Source of the DNA: Flavobacterium sp.
GTDB lineage: Bacteria > Bacteroidota > Bacteroidia > Chitinophagales > Chitinophagaceae
Direction of reading: 5' to 3'
DNA: 64,000 nt
Assembly: GCA_030053925.1 (NCBI GenBank)
Contig: JASGCX010000003.1
Coordinates: 5,133-69,132, forward strand
Of this stretch, positions 1-9,651 are shown one piece after another (position 1 is the first letter of the stretch; every line of letters starts with the position of its first letter). Under the pieces are notes generated by a model. The model made no database searches. It worked only from the letters and a program-made list of their open reading frames with translations, and was not told where the DNA came from. Position numbers and translations under genes: made by a program.

Positions 1-266
1 AGTTCATCAGAAATACGTTCATCCGCATCTATATACATCACCCACGGATGTTTAAATGGGATATTTTTTAAACCCCAATTTTGGTGCGCAGACCAGTTAT
101 CAAAAACACGTTGCGTAACCTTAGCCCCAAAAGCTTCTGCAATTTCAACAGTTTTATCAGTACTGAAAGAGTCAAATACATGCACATCGTTGCACCATTG
201 TACCGATTGTAAACAACCTGGCAAATCCTGTTCTTCGTTTTTAGTAAGAATAAGTATAGAAACCAT
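1..266 (-). CDS. glycosyltransferase family 2, N-terminal part (gene runs off the left edge)
   Basis: Own translation of the minus strand from the ATG at 264-266: MVSILILTKNEEQDLPGCLQSVQWCNDVHVFDSFSTDKTVEIAEAFGAKV...WVMYIDADERISDE. This is a GT2 fold start with a DAD (DxD) motif. It is absent from the ORF track because the window truncates it. Confidence 0.7.
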   Translation of the reverse strand, partial: MVSILILTKNEEQDLPGCLQSVQWCNDVHVFDSFSTDKTVEIAEAFGAKVTQRVFDNWSAHQNWGLKNIPFKHPWVMYIDADERISDE

Positions 267-289
267 GAATAAAGTATAAGTATTAAGAA

Positions 290-1245
290 TTAATGTTTTT
301 TGTTATTTTTTAACACAAAAGCTACTTGATTTGTCATTAATTCTTTCTCAGTAAATTCATTAAAAAGTTCTTTCTTTAAGTTATCGGTTAAGTAGTTTTC
401 ACCGAGATTATTATATTTGTCAATAGTTTCCAATATCTCAAAATCTTTTGAAAACAACTCTATATAATCTCGCACTCTAAGTTTATTTAAATAGGTATTA
501 ACTTTAAAATTAGGATTTAACAAGTGCTGCCATGCACCTGTTGAAGGGGCAGAGTTTTCTAATACTTTATGCGGATACCAATCTGTAGCATGTCCTCCAC
601 TGATACCTGTATATATATGCGGCCTAACAACAAATATAGCATTAGGCTTAAGCCAACTTGATATATTTTTTAATACACTTGGTAATACATTCAGGGTATA
701 TGCTCAAAAACATCCTCCGAGAAAGCAAAAGAAAAACTATTAGCTTCAAAGTGTTCTTCATCAGCAGCATTGCCAACTTTCAATCTGCTTTTATCAATTT
801 TCAATTGCTTCCCATGTATAAGTAATTCTTTTTTAATTTTTTTTAAATCATGGATATCAAAAAAAAGACCTCGAATAAAAGATTTTGAAAATCTTTCAAT
901 TCCATTATTTCTAAGTACACCTAATAATCGAAAAAAATTAAATCCATAAACGGGCTTATCTAAATCTACCCCCCAAGCATCAATACCGAGAGACATCAAA
1001 CATATTAAGCGCCATGGACGGGCACCATATCCAATTTCTAAAACTTTTTGTTGAAATAAACCATTATTAGCTGCTTCAGGATAGTATTTTTTTATTAAGT
1101 ATTCATACTCGTCAATATCATTCCATGGAATTATTTGAGAATTGCTATTATTAGGCTTTAAACGCATTTTTAATAACTCAAAAGAATAGCTTATTTTTGA
1201 GATTAAGGTTGTATTATCAACATTTGAAGCACTTTTCATTTGCAT
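290..1245 (-). pseudogene. class I SAM-dependent methyltransferase split by a frameshift near 691-700 (or an assembly indel)
   Basis: ORF 691-1245 has motif I VLEIGYGARPW and ends SEDVFEHIP followed by a stop. The adjacent frame continues without a start codon as LNVLPSVLKNISSWLKPNAIFVVRPHIYTGISGGH and runs into ORF 290-523. Both frames are open together for only about 4 codons, at a GGG/CCC run. Confidence 0.6.
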
Positions 1246-1257
1246 AATTTTAAAACA

Positions 1258-2103
1258 CTATATAGAAAATAATTTCGAATTAGATTTAATATGATTAACA
1301 TTATACATAGAGCATAACATCACAGTATTCGGAAAATCATGATGCAGTTTTTGAAATTTTTCTTCAACTGATAATTCTTTATTGCTACCTCTAAGAGGTG
1401 AAAATATAATATTAGAAGCCTCACCCCTTACTAAAACATTGCTATTATACTCAGCTTGGTTAGAAGAATTACTAAACTGAAGTACATCAAAAACATCAAA
1501 ATACGATTGATGCAAATGAGCTTGTTCATGCATGTAGGCAATACCCCAAGCCCTAATTTTACCACTTCTTTTAAGCTTAATAACAGCATTACACAATTCA
1601 TCTATATTTTTAAGAGTATGTAAAGGCTCATGAATAAAAAAATAATCTAGATAATCTGTTTTTAAAGCTTTTAAACTTTCATGTAAACTCTTTACCATTT
1701 CATTTTCATTAAACGAAATACGATAATGAAATTTATCAGCTACGTTTAAAGTTGTTGCTACAATAGGTTGAGGGCGGATTCCTTTACTAGACTTTAGGGT
1801 CTGCTTTAAATATCGTACTAGCGGTTTAATTGGAGCTAAGAACTTAGCTTTTGCATTTGCCTTAATACCAAATTTACTCGCTATTACCACATTCAAGCGG
1901 TTACCTAGTAATGCTTTACCCAAAAAACCCTCTGCTTCACCATAACCATAAGACCTAGCTACATCAAAATGATTAATACCGCAATCCAAAGCACATGCTA
2001 TGGCTTTCCTAGATTTTACCGCACCTACTGAACCTAAAATTGGTGCACAACCAAAGCCTAAAATTGAAGATTTTATACCAGTTACAAGTTCTATTTTCTT
2101 CAT
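1258..2103 (-). CDS. aldo/keto reductase family oxidoreductase
   Basis: 281 aa; GFGCAPILG...INHFDVARSYGYGEAEGFLGKAL is the typical AKR N-terminal pattern. Confidence 0.75.
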   Translation of the reverse strand: MKKIELVTGIKSSILGFGCAPILGSVGAVKSRKAIACALDCGINHFDVARSYGYGEAEGFLGKALLGNRLNVVIASKFGIKANAKAKFLAPIKPLVRYLKQTLKSSKGIRPQPIVATTLNVADKFHYRISFNENEMVKSLHESLKALKTDYLDYFFIHEPLHTLKNIDELCNAVIKLKRSGKIRAWGIAYMHEQAHLHQSYFDVFDVLQFSNSSNQAEYNSNVLVRGEASNIIFSPLRGSNKELSVEEKFQKLHHDFPNTVMLCSMYNVNHIKSNSKLFSI

Positions 2104-2107
2104 GAAT

Positions 2108-3751
2108 TTATGATAAATGATTAGCTAATTTAACAGCTAGTACGCCAGTGAAAAAAGTAGGATTAGCTTGACTTGATGTAGGTAATACCGAACTGCTACA
2201 AATATATATATTATCTGTCCCAAACAACCTCAAATTGGTATCAACCACACCATCCTCAGGTGAATTGGCAATTCTTGTAGTACCTGATTGATGTATACCA
2301 TCTTTCGACATTTGCCTAATAGCATTTGCAAGTTCATCTTTCGCATACCAATATTCTAATTCACCACAATTGCTTGCTCTTAAATGGTTGTCTAATTTCT
2401 CATGCAATTGTATCACAGATTGTATATCACTGTCAGTAATCTGATAATTAATCACCAGTGTCTCGCCATCAGTATCAAGTTGCATATTATTTGTTTCAAT
2501 AGGTATTTGTTCAGCATGAAAATGTAAAGCATACTTATTCTCGGGGCTAAATAAAAAAATGCCTGGTAATTTTCGTTTCAAAAGATAACGCTTATAAAAA
2601 ATAACAGCCGGTACAAATAGTGATTTTGGGAAGTCTTTTAAAATATTAAGTAAATGTTTGCCAATACCTTCAACTTTACCTTTGGTAATAGACTGCGCTA
2701 TCGCTGGTGGTGCTAACTTTTTCCCTAAAATAGGGGTTATCATGGCTATATACATAAAAGACATGACACCACTACTATGTTTAGAATCATGATATAAAGG
2801 GTTGTCTAACCAAATAGCGGTATTTAATAAATTATTCTCTACTAAAAATTTGGTAGAAAATTGAAAGCGTCTTCGCATATAGCTACCATCAGCGTTACGC
2901 AAAAATCCAAAATCAGTTAACTTAGGATTACCATAAAATTTTACTGATGCTATCTTTCCTGATATATGACCTTGATAATATTTTCCCAAAGCATGGGGTA
3001 TTTTATTTAAAGATGAAAAAAGAATTGTATTGCGTAAAAGTAGTCGTGTTGCTTCTTGTGTACCTGTAGAAATTACAAATGTTTTAGCAGAAATAGTAAC
3101 AATACTACCATCAACAGTATTTCTTAATGTTAAGGCCGAAATAGTGCTGCTATCTACTAATTTTATAAAATTTCTTGCCTCAAAACCTTCTAATAAAGTA
3201 ATATCTTCATTATCCAGCAACTCATTTCTATATCTTTTACCAAATCTTGTCGGCATACTCCATCTTTCTACAATTGAATCTGTTACATCACCATTTATAA
3301 AATGCTCCGCAATAGAAGTTGTTTTAAAGGGTACTATATTTTGTAAGTTAAAAGAAACATTGTCACCACATTCAAAATAAGCAATAGCTTTCGTATAATA
3401 TTGCTTTGCTGCTTCAAAAAAATTAATATTCCAAGTACAGCCTCCTTTTAGTATTGCTCTATCATAAAAATCTACTTCGTCAAAATTAACACACCTTCCA
3501 CCCCAAGTTGCCGATGTACCACCTAATCCCTTGTTAGTGCATTCATGTGGTGGGTGATGGTTAATATTATTAGTTATAATAATACTGTCATCTAAGTTAT
3601 TAGTTGCGTCATTATCTCTTGTACCATATTCTACTAAAACCACCTTTTTGCCTTTATTTAGTGCCGAATATTCCAAAGCAGTTATTATACCAAGTGGTCC
3701 AGCTCCTATTACACAAAGATCAAATTGAATGTCAAAACTTGTTTGTATCAT
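2108..3751 (-). CDS. GMC-family FAD-dependent oxidoreductase
   Basis: 547 aa. N-terminal GxGxxG (VIGAGPLG). The C-terminus HQSGTTRIANSPEDGVVDTNLRLFGTDNIYICSSSVLPTSSQANPT matches the GMC C-terminal signature. Confidence 0.75.
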   Translation of the reverse strand: MIQTSFDIQFDLCVIGAGPLGIITALEYSALNKGKKVVLVEYGTRDNDATNNLDDSIIITNNINHHPPHECTNKGLGGTSATWGGRCVNFDEVDFYDRAILKGGCTWNINFFEAAKQYYTKAIAYFECGDNVSFNLQNIVPFKTTSIAEHFINGDVTDSIVERWSMPTRFGKRYRNELLDNEDITLLEGFEARNFIKLVDSSTISALTLRNTVDGSIVTISAKTFVISTGTQEATRLLLRNTILFSSLNKIPHALGKYYQGHISGKIASVKFYGNPKLTDFGFLRNADGSYMRRRFQFSTKFLVENNLLNTAIWLDNPLYHDSKHSSGVMSFMYIAMITPILGKKLAPPAIAQSITKGKVEGIGKHLLNILKDFPKSLFVPAVIFYKRYLLKRKLPGIFLFSPENKYALHFHAEQIPIETNNMQLDTDGETLVINYQITDSDIQSVIQLHEKLDNHLRASNCGELEYWYAKDELANAIRQMSKDGIHQSGTTRIANSPEDGVVDTNLRLFGTDNIYICSSSVLPTSSQANPTFFTGVLAVKLANHLS

Positions 3752-4320
3752 TAATTAGACTTTAGAAAATTTACACGTTGTTTAATAGGCTTGGCAGGAT
3801 TTCCACCATATACCATCCATCGATTCATGTTTTTGGTAGCAATAGAACCCGCAGCCAAAATACTCCCTTCATTGCATTGCACTCCTGGTAAAACAATTGC
3901 TTTGGCACAAATCCATACATAGGGTTCAATTACAATTTTTTTCATCAAATAAGTAAACTCAATTGAATTGTAGTCATGTGTTGCACCGCACACATAAGCA
4001 TCTTGCGAAAGAATGGCGTGATGCCCTAAAAAAACACCACCAGGATTATATATTTCAACACCACGACCAATAGTCACTACATCTTCAGTTTCTAGCAACC
4101 AAGGAGCCCATATTTTACAGTTAGAATAAATAAAATTAGTATTACCTATTTTAGCCCCAAATAAACGCAACACCTTTGCTCGCCAGCCATGTAATGGTGC
4201 AGGTGTCCACCTACAAAAAATAAACCAACATATTTGCCACAACAATCTTTTAATTTTATTCTTTGATGAAAAAATTGGCCTTTTATAGGCATCGGTACTA
4301 TTAATATTGTGTGAGAACAT
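3751..4320 (-). CDS. hexapeptide-repeat O-acetyltransferase (WcaF-like)
   Basis: 189 aa. LLWQICWFIFCRWTPAPLHGWRAKVLRLFGAKIG followed by left-handed beta-helix-type repeats. The stop overlaps the start of the GMC gene. Confidence 0.7.
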   Translation of the reverse strand: MFSHNINSTDAYKRPIFSSKNKIKRLLWQICWFIFCRWTPAPLHGWRAKVLRLFGAKIGNTNFIYSNCKIWAPWLLETEDVVTIGRGVEIYNPGGVFLGHHAILSQDAYVCGATHDYNSIEFTYLMKKIVIEPYVWICAKAIVLPGVQCNEGSILAAGSIATKNMNRWMVYGGNPAKPIKQRVNFLKSN

Positions 4321-4327
4321 CCTTTGA

Positions 4328-5485
4328 TTAATTATTTATAACTTCCAATAATTTTGTACTTGTTGTTGAAACCGTAAAATACTTATCGTAGGTATTTAAT
4401 GCACTTACATGTTGCTGCTTTATATAACTATCTACCTGCATTTTCCATCTAGTAATACCATCTACAACCCCTGCTAAATCATCATTAATAACTATGCCAC
4501 TACCCATGCCTTCAATTTCTTGCCAAATATTAACCTTATTAGAAATTAAAACAGGAAGCCCACAAGCTAAGGCTTCTACTACGGCTATGCCAAAATTTTC
4601 CTGATGGCTGGGCAATATAAACAACTCCGCTCCATAAAAAGCCCCCCATTTAGCATCGCCACTAAGCATTCCTGGAAAATAAATATCTTCATTATTATCT
4701 GCCAATTTTAGCATCGCTCGCCCATAAGGTGTCTCTAGTCCTGGTCCCGCAATTACCAATTTAGGCAACAGAACACCTGTTTTCTTTAGGGCTTGATATG
4801 CTTTAATTAATAAATCAACTCCCTTTTTTTGGTGAATCCGGCTAATAAATAACCAATACTTGGTAATACTTGCACCAAGTTTGGCTTCAAAAGCAGTGCT
4901 CATTTTCTCGCAAAATAAGGGCGGTGCATCTACACCCAACCCAACTACAATTTCTTTTTTTGGTTGATACCTTTTAAAAGTTTGCCTAGCTAATAATTTT
5001 TCTTCTTCACATGTAAATAGTAAGCCATCGGCTGTGTTTATAAGGTTATATTCTATTGTATGCCAAATAATATAATTGCGAATAGCTTTTATTCGTCGCG
5101 CCTTAGCACGTTGAAAATAAGGATCTAGCATCCCATGGGGCATCACAAATAGTTTTGGTCTGTTTCTTTGTAATCTTCTAAAAGCCTTAAAAACGGCTAG
5201 ACTTTGGTATTGCCACAAACCATGTACAACAATTCTGTCATATTGCTGTAGGTTCACATTCAACCATTGTTTCAATTTATATGTATAATTCCAACTAGTT
5301 TTGCCTAATCCTAAGGCATAAATCTTAAAATCGTAACTATTAAAATAGTTTGCAGAAGCCGAGTCTAAACTAACTACTTCATTAACAATGCCTTTGCTAG
5401 ATAATTGTTTTACAATAGTTACCAAAGCCTGCGATACGCCACCCGCTTTAGGATTGATAGAGGAAATAATATGCAATACCTTCAA
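4328..5485 (-). CDS. glycosyltransferase family 1 (GT4-type)
   Basis: 385 aa. C-terminal LPSHQENFGIAVVEALACGLPVLIS (E-x7-E region). Paralog of 5701-6894. Confidence 0.8.
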   Translation of the reverse strand: MKVLHIISSINPKAGGVSQALVTIVKQLSSKGIVNEVVSLDSASANYFNSYDFKIYALGLGKTSWNYTYKLKQWLNVNLQQYDRIVVHGLWQYQSLAVFKAFRRLQRNRPKLFVMPHGMLDPYFQRAKARRIKAIRNYIIWHTIEYNLINTADGLLFTCEEEKLLARQTFKRYQPKKEIVVGLGVDAPPLFCEKMSTAFEAKLGASITKYWLFISRIHQKKGVDLLIKAYQALKKTGVLLPKLVIAGPGLETPYGRAMLKLADNNEDIYFPGMLSGDAKWGAFYGAELFILPSHQENFGIAVVEALACGLPVLISNKVNIWQEIEGMGSGIVINDDLAGVVDGITRWKMQVDSYIKQQHVSALNTYDKYFTVSTTSTKLLEVINN

Positions 5486-5550
5486 AATATTTATTTTTTT
5501 ACATTAAATCGTTCAATCCAAGAATTAAATACCTCAACTCTTTATTTCCA
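5108..5550. repeat. direct repeat copy A (about 440 bp), paired with 6910-7337
   Basis: By-eye alignment gives roughly 90 percent identity to 6910-7337, with one net 15-bp indel. It covers the 5' third of GT 4328-5485 plus 65 bp upstream. Confidence 0.85.
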
Positions 5551-5678
5551 TTTAATGCGGAATCAAATGTATTAAGATAAAAATCAAATGTAAATACAAA
5601 ATTAATATAAATACAAGTAAAAATACTGATAATACAGCCTTTATTATCCCTACTTAGAGTTTATTACGTATTTTAAAT
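5486..5678 (-). pseudogene. mosaic relic: 3' end of a GT 7278-8402-like gene fused to an internal fragment of the wzy-like gene
   Basis: 5486-5550 matches 7264-7337 and reads WK*RVEVFNSWIERFNVKK*, against WKYRVEVFNSWIEGFDVKK* in the intact gene. 5554-5678 matches 8892-9030 (internal wzy-like sequence) with an internal deletion. Confidence 0.75.
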
Positions 5679-5700
5679 AGGCTTAGGTCTTGAAAATGAA

Positions 5701-6894
5701 TTAATTTATATTATTTTTTAACATTACATTAACAGAATTTCTACTCGTTGCTTCTGCTGTAAATTCGTTGTGAAATATGGCTAGCGCATTATTTCGAAAT
5801 TCTACTTTTTCTTGTTCTAACATTGCTTGCCATATTTTTAATGAACTAATAGTTCCATCTAAATCATCATTATTAACGATGCCACAATTTCCCTTAATTA
5901 TTTCTCGCCAAATATTTACTTTATTAGTAGTTAAAACTGGTTTTGAACAGCCAAGGGCTTCAGCAACTACAATTCCAAAGTTTTCTTGATGACTTGGAAG
6001 TACTAAGGCCTCACAGCCGTAAAAAGCACCCCACTTTGCGTCTCCAACAAGCATCCCATTAAAAAAGATGCGCTCTTTTAATTGTTCATCTTCTTGTACC
6101 AGTTTCAAAAGCATTTTACCATAGTCAGTCTCAAGTCCTGGTCCAGCTATTACCAAAAATGGTAATTTAGATTCAGTATTTGATTTTAATAAGATTTTAT
6201 ACGCATTAATCAATAAATCAACACCCTTTTTGGGATGAATTCTACTAATAAACAATAAAAAATCCTTGCCTCTACTATTAGGGCACAAAAGTTCAAAAGC
6301 TTGTTTATGTTGTATATTAAAAGGAGGTGGCGCAATAATACCATAGCCGATATTATAAACGGCTTTCGGTTTATAACCAGAAAAACTAGTAGCTGCCAAT
6401 TCTAGTTCCTCTTGGCAGGTAAACAGAATGCCATCAGCTTTATTTATTAGATGCTTTTCAATTAAATGCCAATAAATTATATTCCTAATTGCTTTAAATC
6501 GTCTTTCTTTTGCCTTTTGAAAATAGGGGTCTAGCATACCATGTGCCATTACATAAACTTGGGGCAACTTTTTACCCATTTTGCGTAATTTGTTTAAGGC
6601 CTTATTAAGAGCAAAACCATGATATTGCCAAAGGCCGTGTACTAATACACAATCATAATTAGTTAAGTTCTCTTCTAGCCAAGGTGCAAGATTAGCAGAA
6701 TAAGACCAAGCATTATTGCCAGAACCTATAGCAATAATATTATCAGCATCAGCAAAACTAGAAACTGGGCTATCCAAACAAAGTACAAACGGTTCAACAC
6801 CATACTTTTTCCAAAACGGAATATTATTTCGTAACCCCTGTGCTGGCCCACCACTAACAGGATTCATGGTAGGTATAATTGATAATAATTTCAC
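5701..6894 (-). CDS. glycosyltransferase family 1 (GT4-type)
   Basis: 397 aa. Shares HGLWQY, HGMLDPYFQ.AK.RR.KAIRN and LPSHQENFGIVVAEALGC blocks with 4328-5485. Confidence 0.8.
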   Translation of the reverse strand: MKLLSIIPTMNPVSGGPAQGLRNNIPFWKKYGVEPFVLCLDSPVSSFADADNIIAIGSGNNAWSYSANLAPWLEENLTNYDCVLVHGLWQYHGFALNKALNKLRKMGKKLPQVYVMAHGMLDPYFQKAKERRFKAIRNIIYWHLIEKHLINKADGILFTCQEELELAATSFSGYKPKAVYNIGYGIIAPPPFNIQHKQAFELLCPNSRGKDFLLFISRIHPKKGVDLLINAYKILLKSNTESKLPFLVIAGPGLETDYGKMLLKLVQEDEQLKERIFFNGMLVGDAKWGAFYGCEALVLPSHQENFGIVVAEALGCSKPVLTTNKVNIWREIIKGNCGIVNNDDLDGTISSLKIWQAMLEQEKVEFRNNALAIFHNEFTAEATSRNSVNVMLKNNIN

Positions 6895-6906
6895 AGTGCT
6901 TTGAGT

Positions 6907-7263
6907 TTAACGTTGAAAATAAGGATCTAGCATCCCATGGGGCATCACAAATAGTTTTGGTCTGTTTCTTTGTAATCTTCCAAAAGCCTTAAAAACTGCT
7001 AAACTTTGGTATTGCCACAAACCATGTACAACAATTCTGTCATATTTCCGTAGATTTACATTCAACCATTGTTTCAATTTATTAGTATAATTCCAACTAG
7101 TTTTGCCTAATCCTAAGGCATAAATTGTAAAATAGTTTGCAGAAGCCGAGTCTAATCTAACTACTGCATTAACAATGCAGTTGATAGATAATTGCTTTAC
7201 AATAGTTACCAAAGCCTTCGCTACGCCACTCGCTTTAGCATGGATAGAGGAAACAATATGCAA
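6907..7263 (-). pseudogene. truncated N-terminal copy of glycosyltransferase 4328-5485
   Basis: The 118-aa ORF is near-identical to residues 1-125 of the 4328-5485 product (VTIVKQLS...RIVVHGLWQYQSLAVFKAF.RLQRNRPKLFVMPHGMLDPYFQR). It stops where the intact protein continues AKARR. Confidence 0.85.
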
Positions 7264-7337
7264 TACCTTAAAAATATTTATTTTTTTACATCAAACCCTT
7301 CGATCCAAGAATTAAATACCTCAACTCTATATTTCCA
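6910..7337. repeat. direct repeat copy B, paired with 5108-5550
   Basis: See copy A. The breakpoints are sharp at 6909/6910 and 7337/7338. Confidence 0.85.
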
Positions 7338-8402
7338 AGTGTGCTTTTCTATCTCACCAAATGAATATGTATAATTAGAAGAGTAAACTTTTAAAATTAG
7401 GTTAGAAAGCGTACTATAATCTTCCGTGTTAAAATACAATCCATTATCTTGAAAAATTTCGGCAGGTTCTCCAATTTTACATGTAAGAATGGGCTTACCA
7501 AATGGCAAGTACATATAAATTTTACTAGGACATCGTGCCCAATCTTGAACTGTATTATTTAAAGGAGCTATAAAGGCGTTTGCTACTGATAAATAACTAC
7601 TCAATTCTTCCTCAGCTACATATCCAGCAAAATGAACAGTGCTAGTAAGATTATTGGAATTGACAAAATCTATTGCTGCTTGCTTATCTTCGCCCCCACC
7701 TATAAATAAAAGTATAATATTATTGTTTATAGAAGATACGTCTTTCATAGCATTTAGCATTGCAAATAATCCATAATCTCTATTTAGGGATCCCATAAAC
7801 ACTAACACAAATTTATCTTTATATTTTTTTAACAATTCATCTGAAGGCATTGCAGGTTTCAATATATCAGAATTGAAAGCATAGGGCGAATACAAAAATT
7901 TCAATTTGCTATTATATGCAAAATTATTTAATTTTTCATAAAAATTTAATAAATATTTACTAGCACAAACTAGACCATCTGCGTAAAAAATTGAATATCG
8001 TTCAAAAAAGAACTCTTTAATCCTTCTAATTATGCCGTAAGATTTGATGCTAGACAACAACTCTGAGTGTTCTATTAAAAGTAACGGGATTTTGGAAAGT
8101 TTAAATCGTAATATATAATTTCTAGCTACAAATGCACAGAAAAATATATAATCAGGCTCAACTTGCTTTACAATTCTTGTTTTTTGTGTAATCTCTTTTA
8201 TAGCACTAGATGCCTCAAAACAATGAATATTAACCAATTCGTTACACTCTAGTGCTGCTCTTTCAATATTCTCTTTACAATTCAACATCACAATATGAAC
8301 ATCAAATCCAATAGCAGTAAGTGGGTTAGCCATACCAAATGCTCGCTTCATTGTTGCAATACTTTCAATATTCCCAGTAGTAATAAAGCAAATTTTTTTC
8401 AC
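7278..8402 (-). CDS. glycosyltransferase family 1-like
   Basis: 374 aa, a two-Rossmann-domain-sized protein in a GT context. The C-terminal half has a GGGEDK...FIAPL...KIYMYLPFGKPIL pattern. Confidence 0.6.
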   Translation of the reverse strand: MKKICFITTGNIESIATMKRAFGMANPLTAIGFDVHIVMLNCKENIERAALECNELVNIHCFEASSAIKEITQKTRIVKQVEPDYIFFCAFVARNYILRFKLSKIPLLLIEHSELLSSIKSYGIIRRIKEFFFERYSIFYADGLVCASKYLLNFYEKLNNFAYNSKLKFLYSPYAFNSDILKPAMPSDELLKKYKDKFVLVFMGSLNRDYGLFAMLNAMKDVSSINNNIILLFIGGGEDKQAAIDFVNSNNLTSTVHFAGYVAEEELSSYLSVANAFIAPLNNTVQDWARCPSKIYMYLPFGKPILTCKIGEPAEIFQDNGLYFNTEDYSTLSNLILKVYSSNYTYSFGEIEKHTWKYRVEVFNSWIEGFDVKK

Positions 8403-8404
8403 GC

Positions 8405-9631
8405 TTAACTATTTTTTTTATTCAATTTTCGTTCATAATAAAACAAAAATGCTAGAGAAAATACCGATGCCCACCGATTATTGTATCCAAATGGCGAAAA
8501 CAAAATACTCCAAAAAAAATTAATTAAAAGTAGTATACTAAAATAGTTCATTTGTTCAGCATGATTAAAAAAAAGTCGAATTATTTTTCCCAAAACAAAA
8601 AGCCAAAAAAAGCCAGCAAAAATGCCACCCCAAACCAATGCCCCCATTAAAAAAGAATGGGCAGGAATTAAACCAAGTTCATACGACCAATCTTTCCATC
8701 CTTCACCATCCGATAAATTTAAGTCTTCACTAATTTTTACATAATTATCAATGTAATGCGAATCCTTTGCCCAAGAGCCATGACCTATAAAGGGCCTATC
8801 AAAAAAAGCTTGTGCCGAAATTAAAATCTCAGTTCTTCCACCTACTAAGGCACCATACTTAATACTAGACTGCCTCAATATTTTATCTTTTGATGCTGAA
8901 TCTAATGTATTAAGATAAATATCTGATGTAAAAATGATAGTAACCACAAAATTTAATAAAAATACAAGTAAAAATACTGATACCACAACCTTTATCATCC
9001 CTCCCTTAGAGTTTATTACGTTTTTTAATGTACTAGTAATTTTTTTGTTATTTCTTAACAAATAAAAAATCATAGCAAAAAGAGCCATCCCACTCATAGA
9101 TCTAGCTGAAAAAAAGTTGCTAATAACAACAAAAACCAGTGTAAATATAATAAGTACAATATTTCGTTTATTAATACTAAAATACGAAAACCAAATTGCA
9201 AATAAAAAATTAACAGTGGAACCTATTCCCCATTTCCACGGGTTATCTAAAAATATAGGATCGACAGAAAGAAACAATATAATTAAAATTCCAATGATAT
9301 AGCCTATAAACAGCGAGGGAAGTAAATCTCTTTTGTCTAAAAAATTATTATATATCATAATTACTGCTGCGATCATTAAAATAGGGGCAAAAATCCCTTT
9401 TGCAGAGGAAGCATAGTCTACATTATTTAAAATGTCAGATATCAACTGTACCAATATCCACAAACCTATTAATTTTACACCCGTTAATAGTTCTCTTGAA
9501 ATCTTTGGTGCTCTTAATAATATATATACAATCGAAACAATTTCTCCTAAATAAACATATCCAATTATTTTTACATAAATAGATAGCAGTATTACTAAAA
9601 AAATTGCTGAAAAATTTAACTTTTTACTCAA
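8405..9631 (-). CDS. O-antigen polymerase/ligase-like polytopic membrane protein (Wzy-like)
   Basis: 408 aa, about 10 or more hydrophobic segments, one larger loop (residues about 235-330), and a position inside a wzx/GT cluster. Confidence 0.65.
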   Translation of the reverse strand: MSKKLNFSAIFLVILLSIYVKIIGYVYLGEIVSIVYILLRAPKISRELLTGVKLIGLWILVQLISDILNNVDYASSAKGIFAPILMIAAVIMIYNNFLDKRDLLPSLFIGYIIGILIILFLSVDPIFLDNPWKWGIGSTVNFLFAIWFSYFSINKRNIVLIIFTLVFVVISNFFSARSMSGMALFAMIFYLLRNNKKITSTLKNVINSKGGMIKVVVSVFLLVFLLNFVVTIIFTSDIYLNTLDSASKDKILRQSSIKYGALVGGRTEILISAQAFFDRPFIGHGSWAKDSHYIDNYVKISEDLNLSDGEGWKDWSYELGLIPAHSFLMGALVWGGIFAGFFWLFVLGKIIRLFFNHAEQMNYFSILLLINFFWSILFSPFGYNNRWASVFSLAFLFYYERKLNKKNS

Positions 9632-9651
9632 AATAAAAAAATTAGTTTAAT

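Noticed and set aside
3030-3380. 116-aa plus-strand ORF, and similar small antisense ORFs at 5777, 6716, 7192, 9117, 9400, 12839, 14009, 14581, 14847, 16513, 18731, 20412 and 21159.
   Set aside because: Each is embedded antisense within a confidently assigned polysaccharide-locus gene. They are AT-rich shadow frames.
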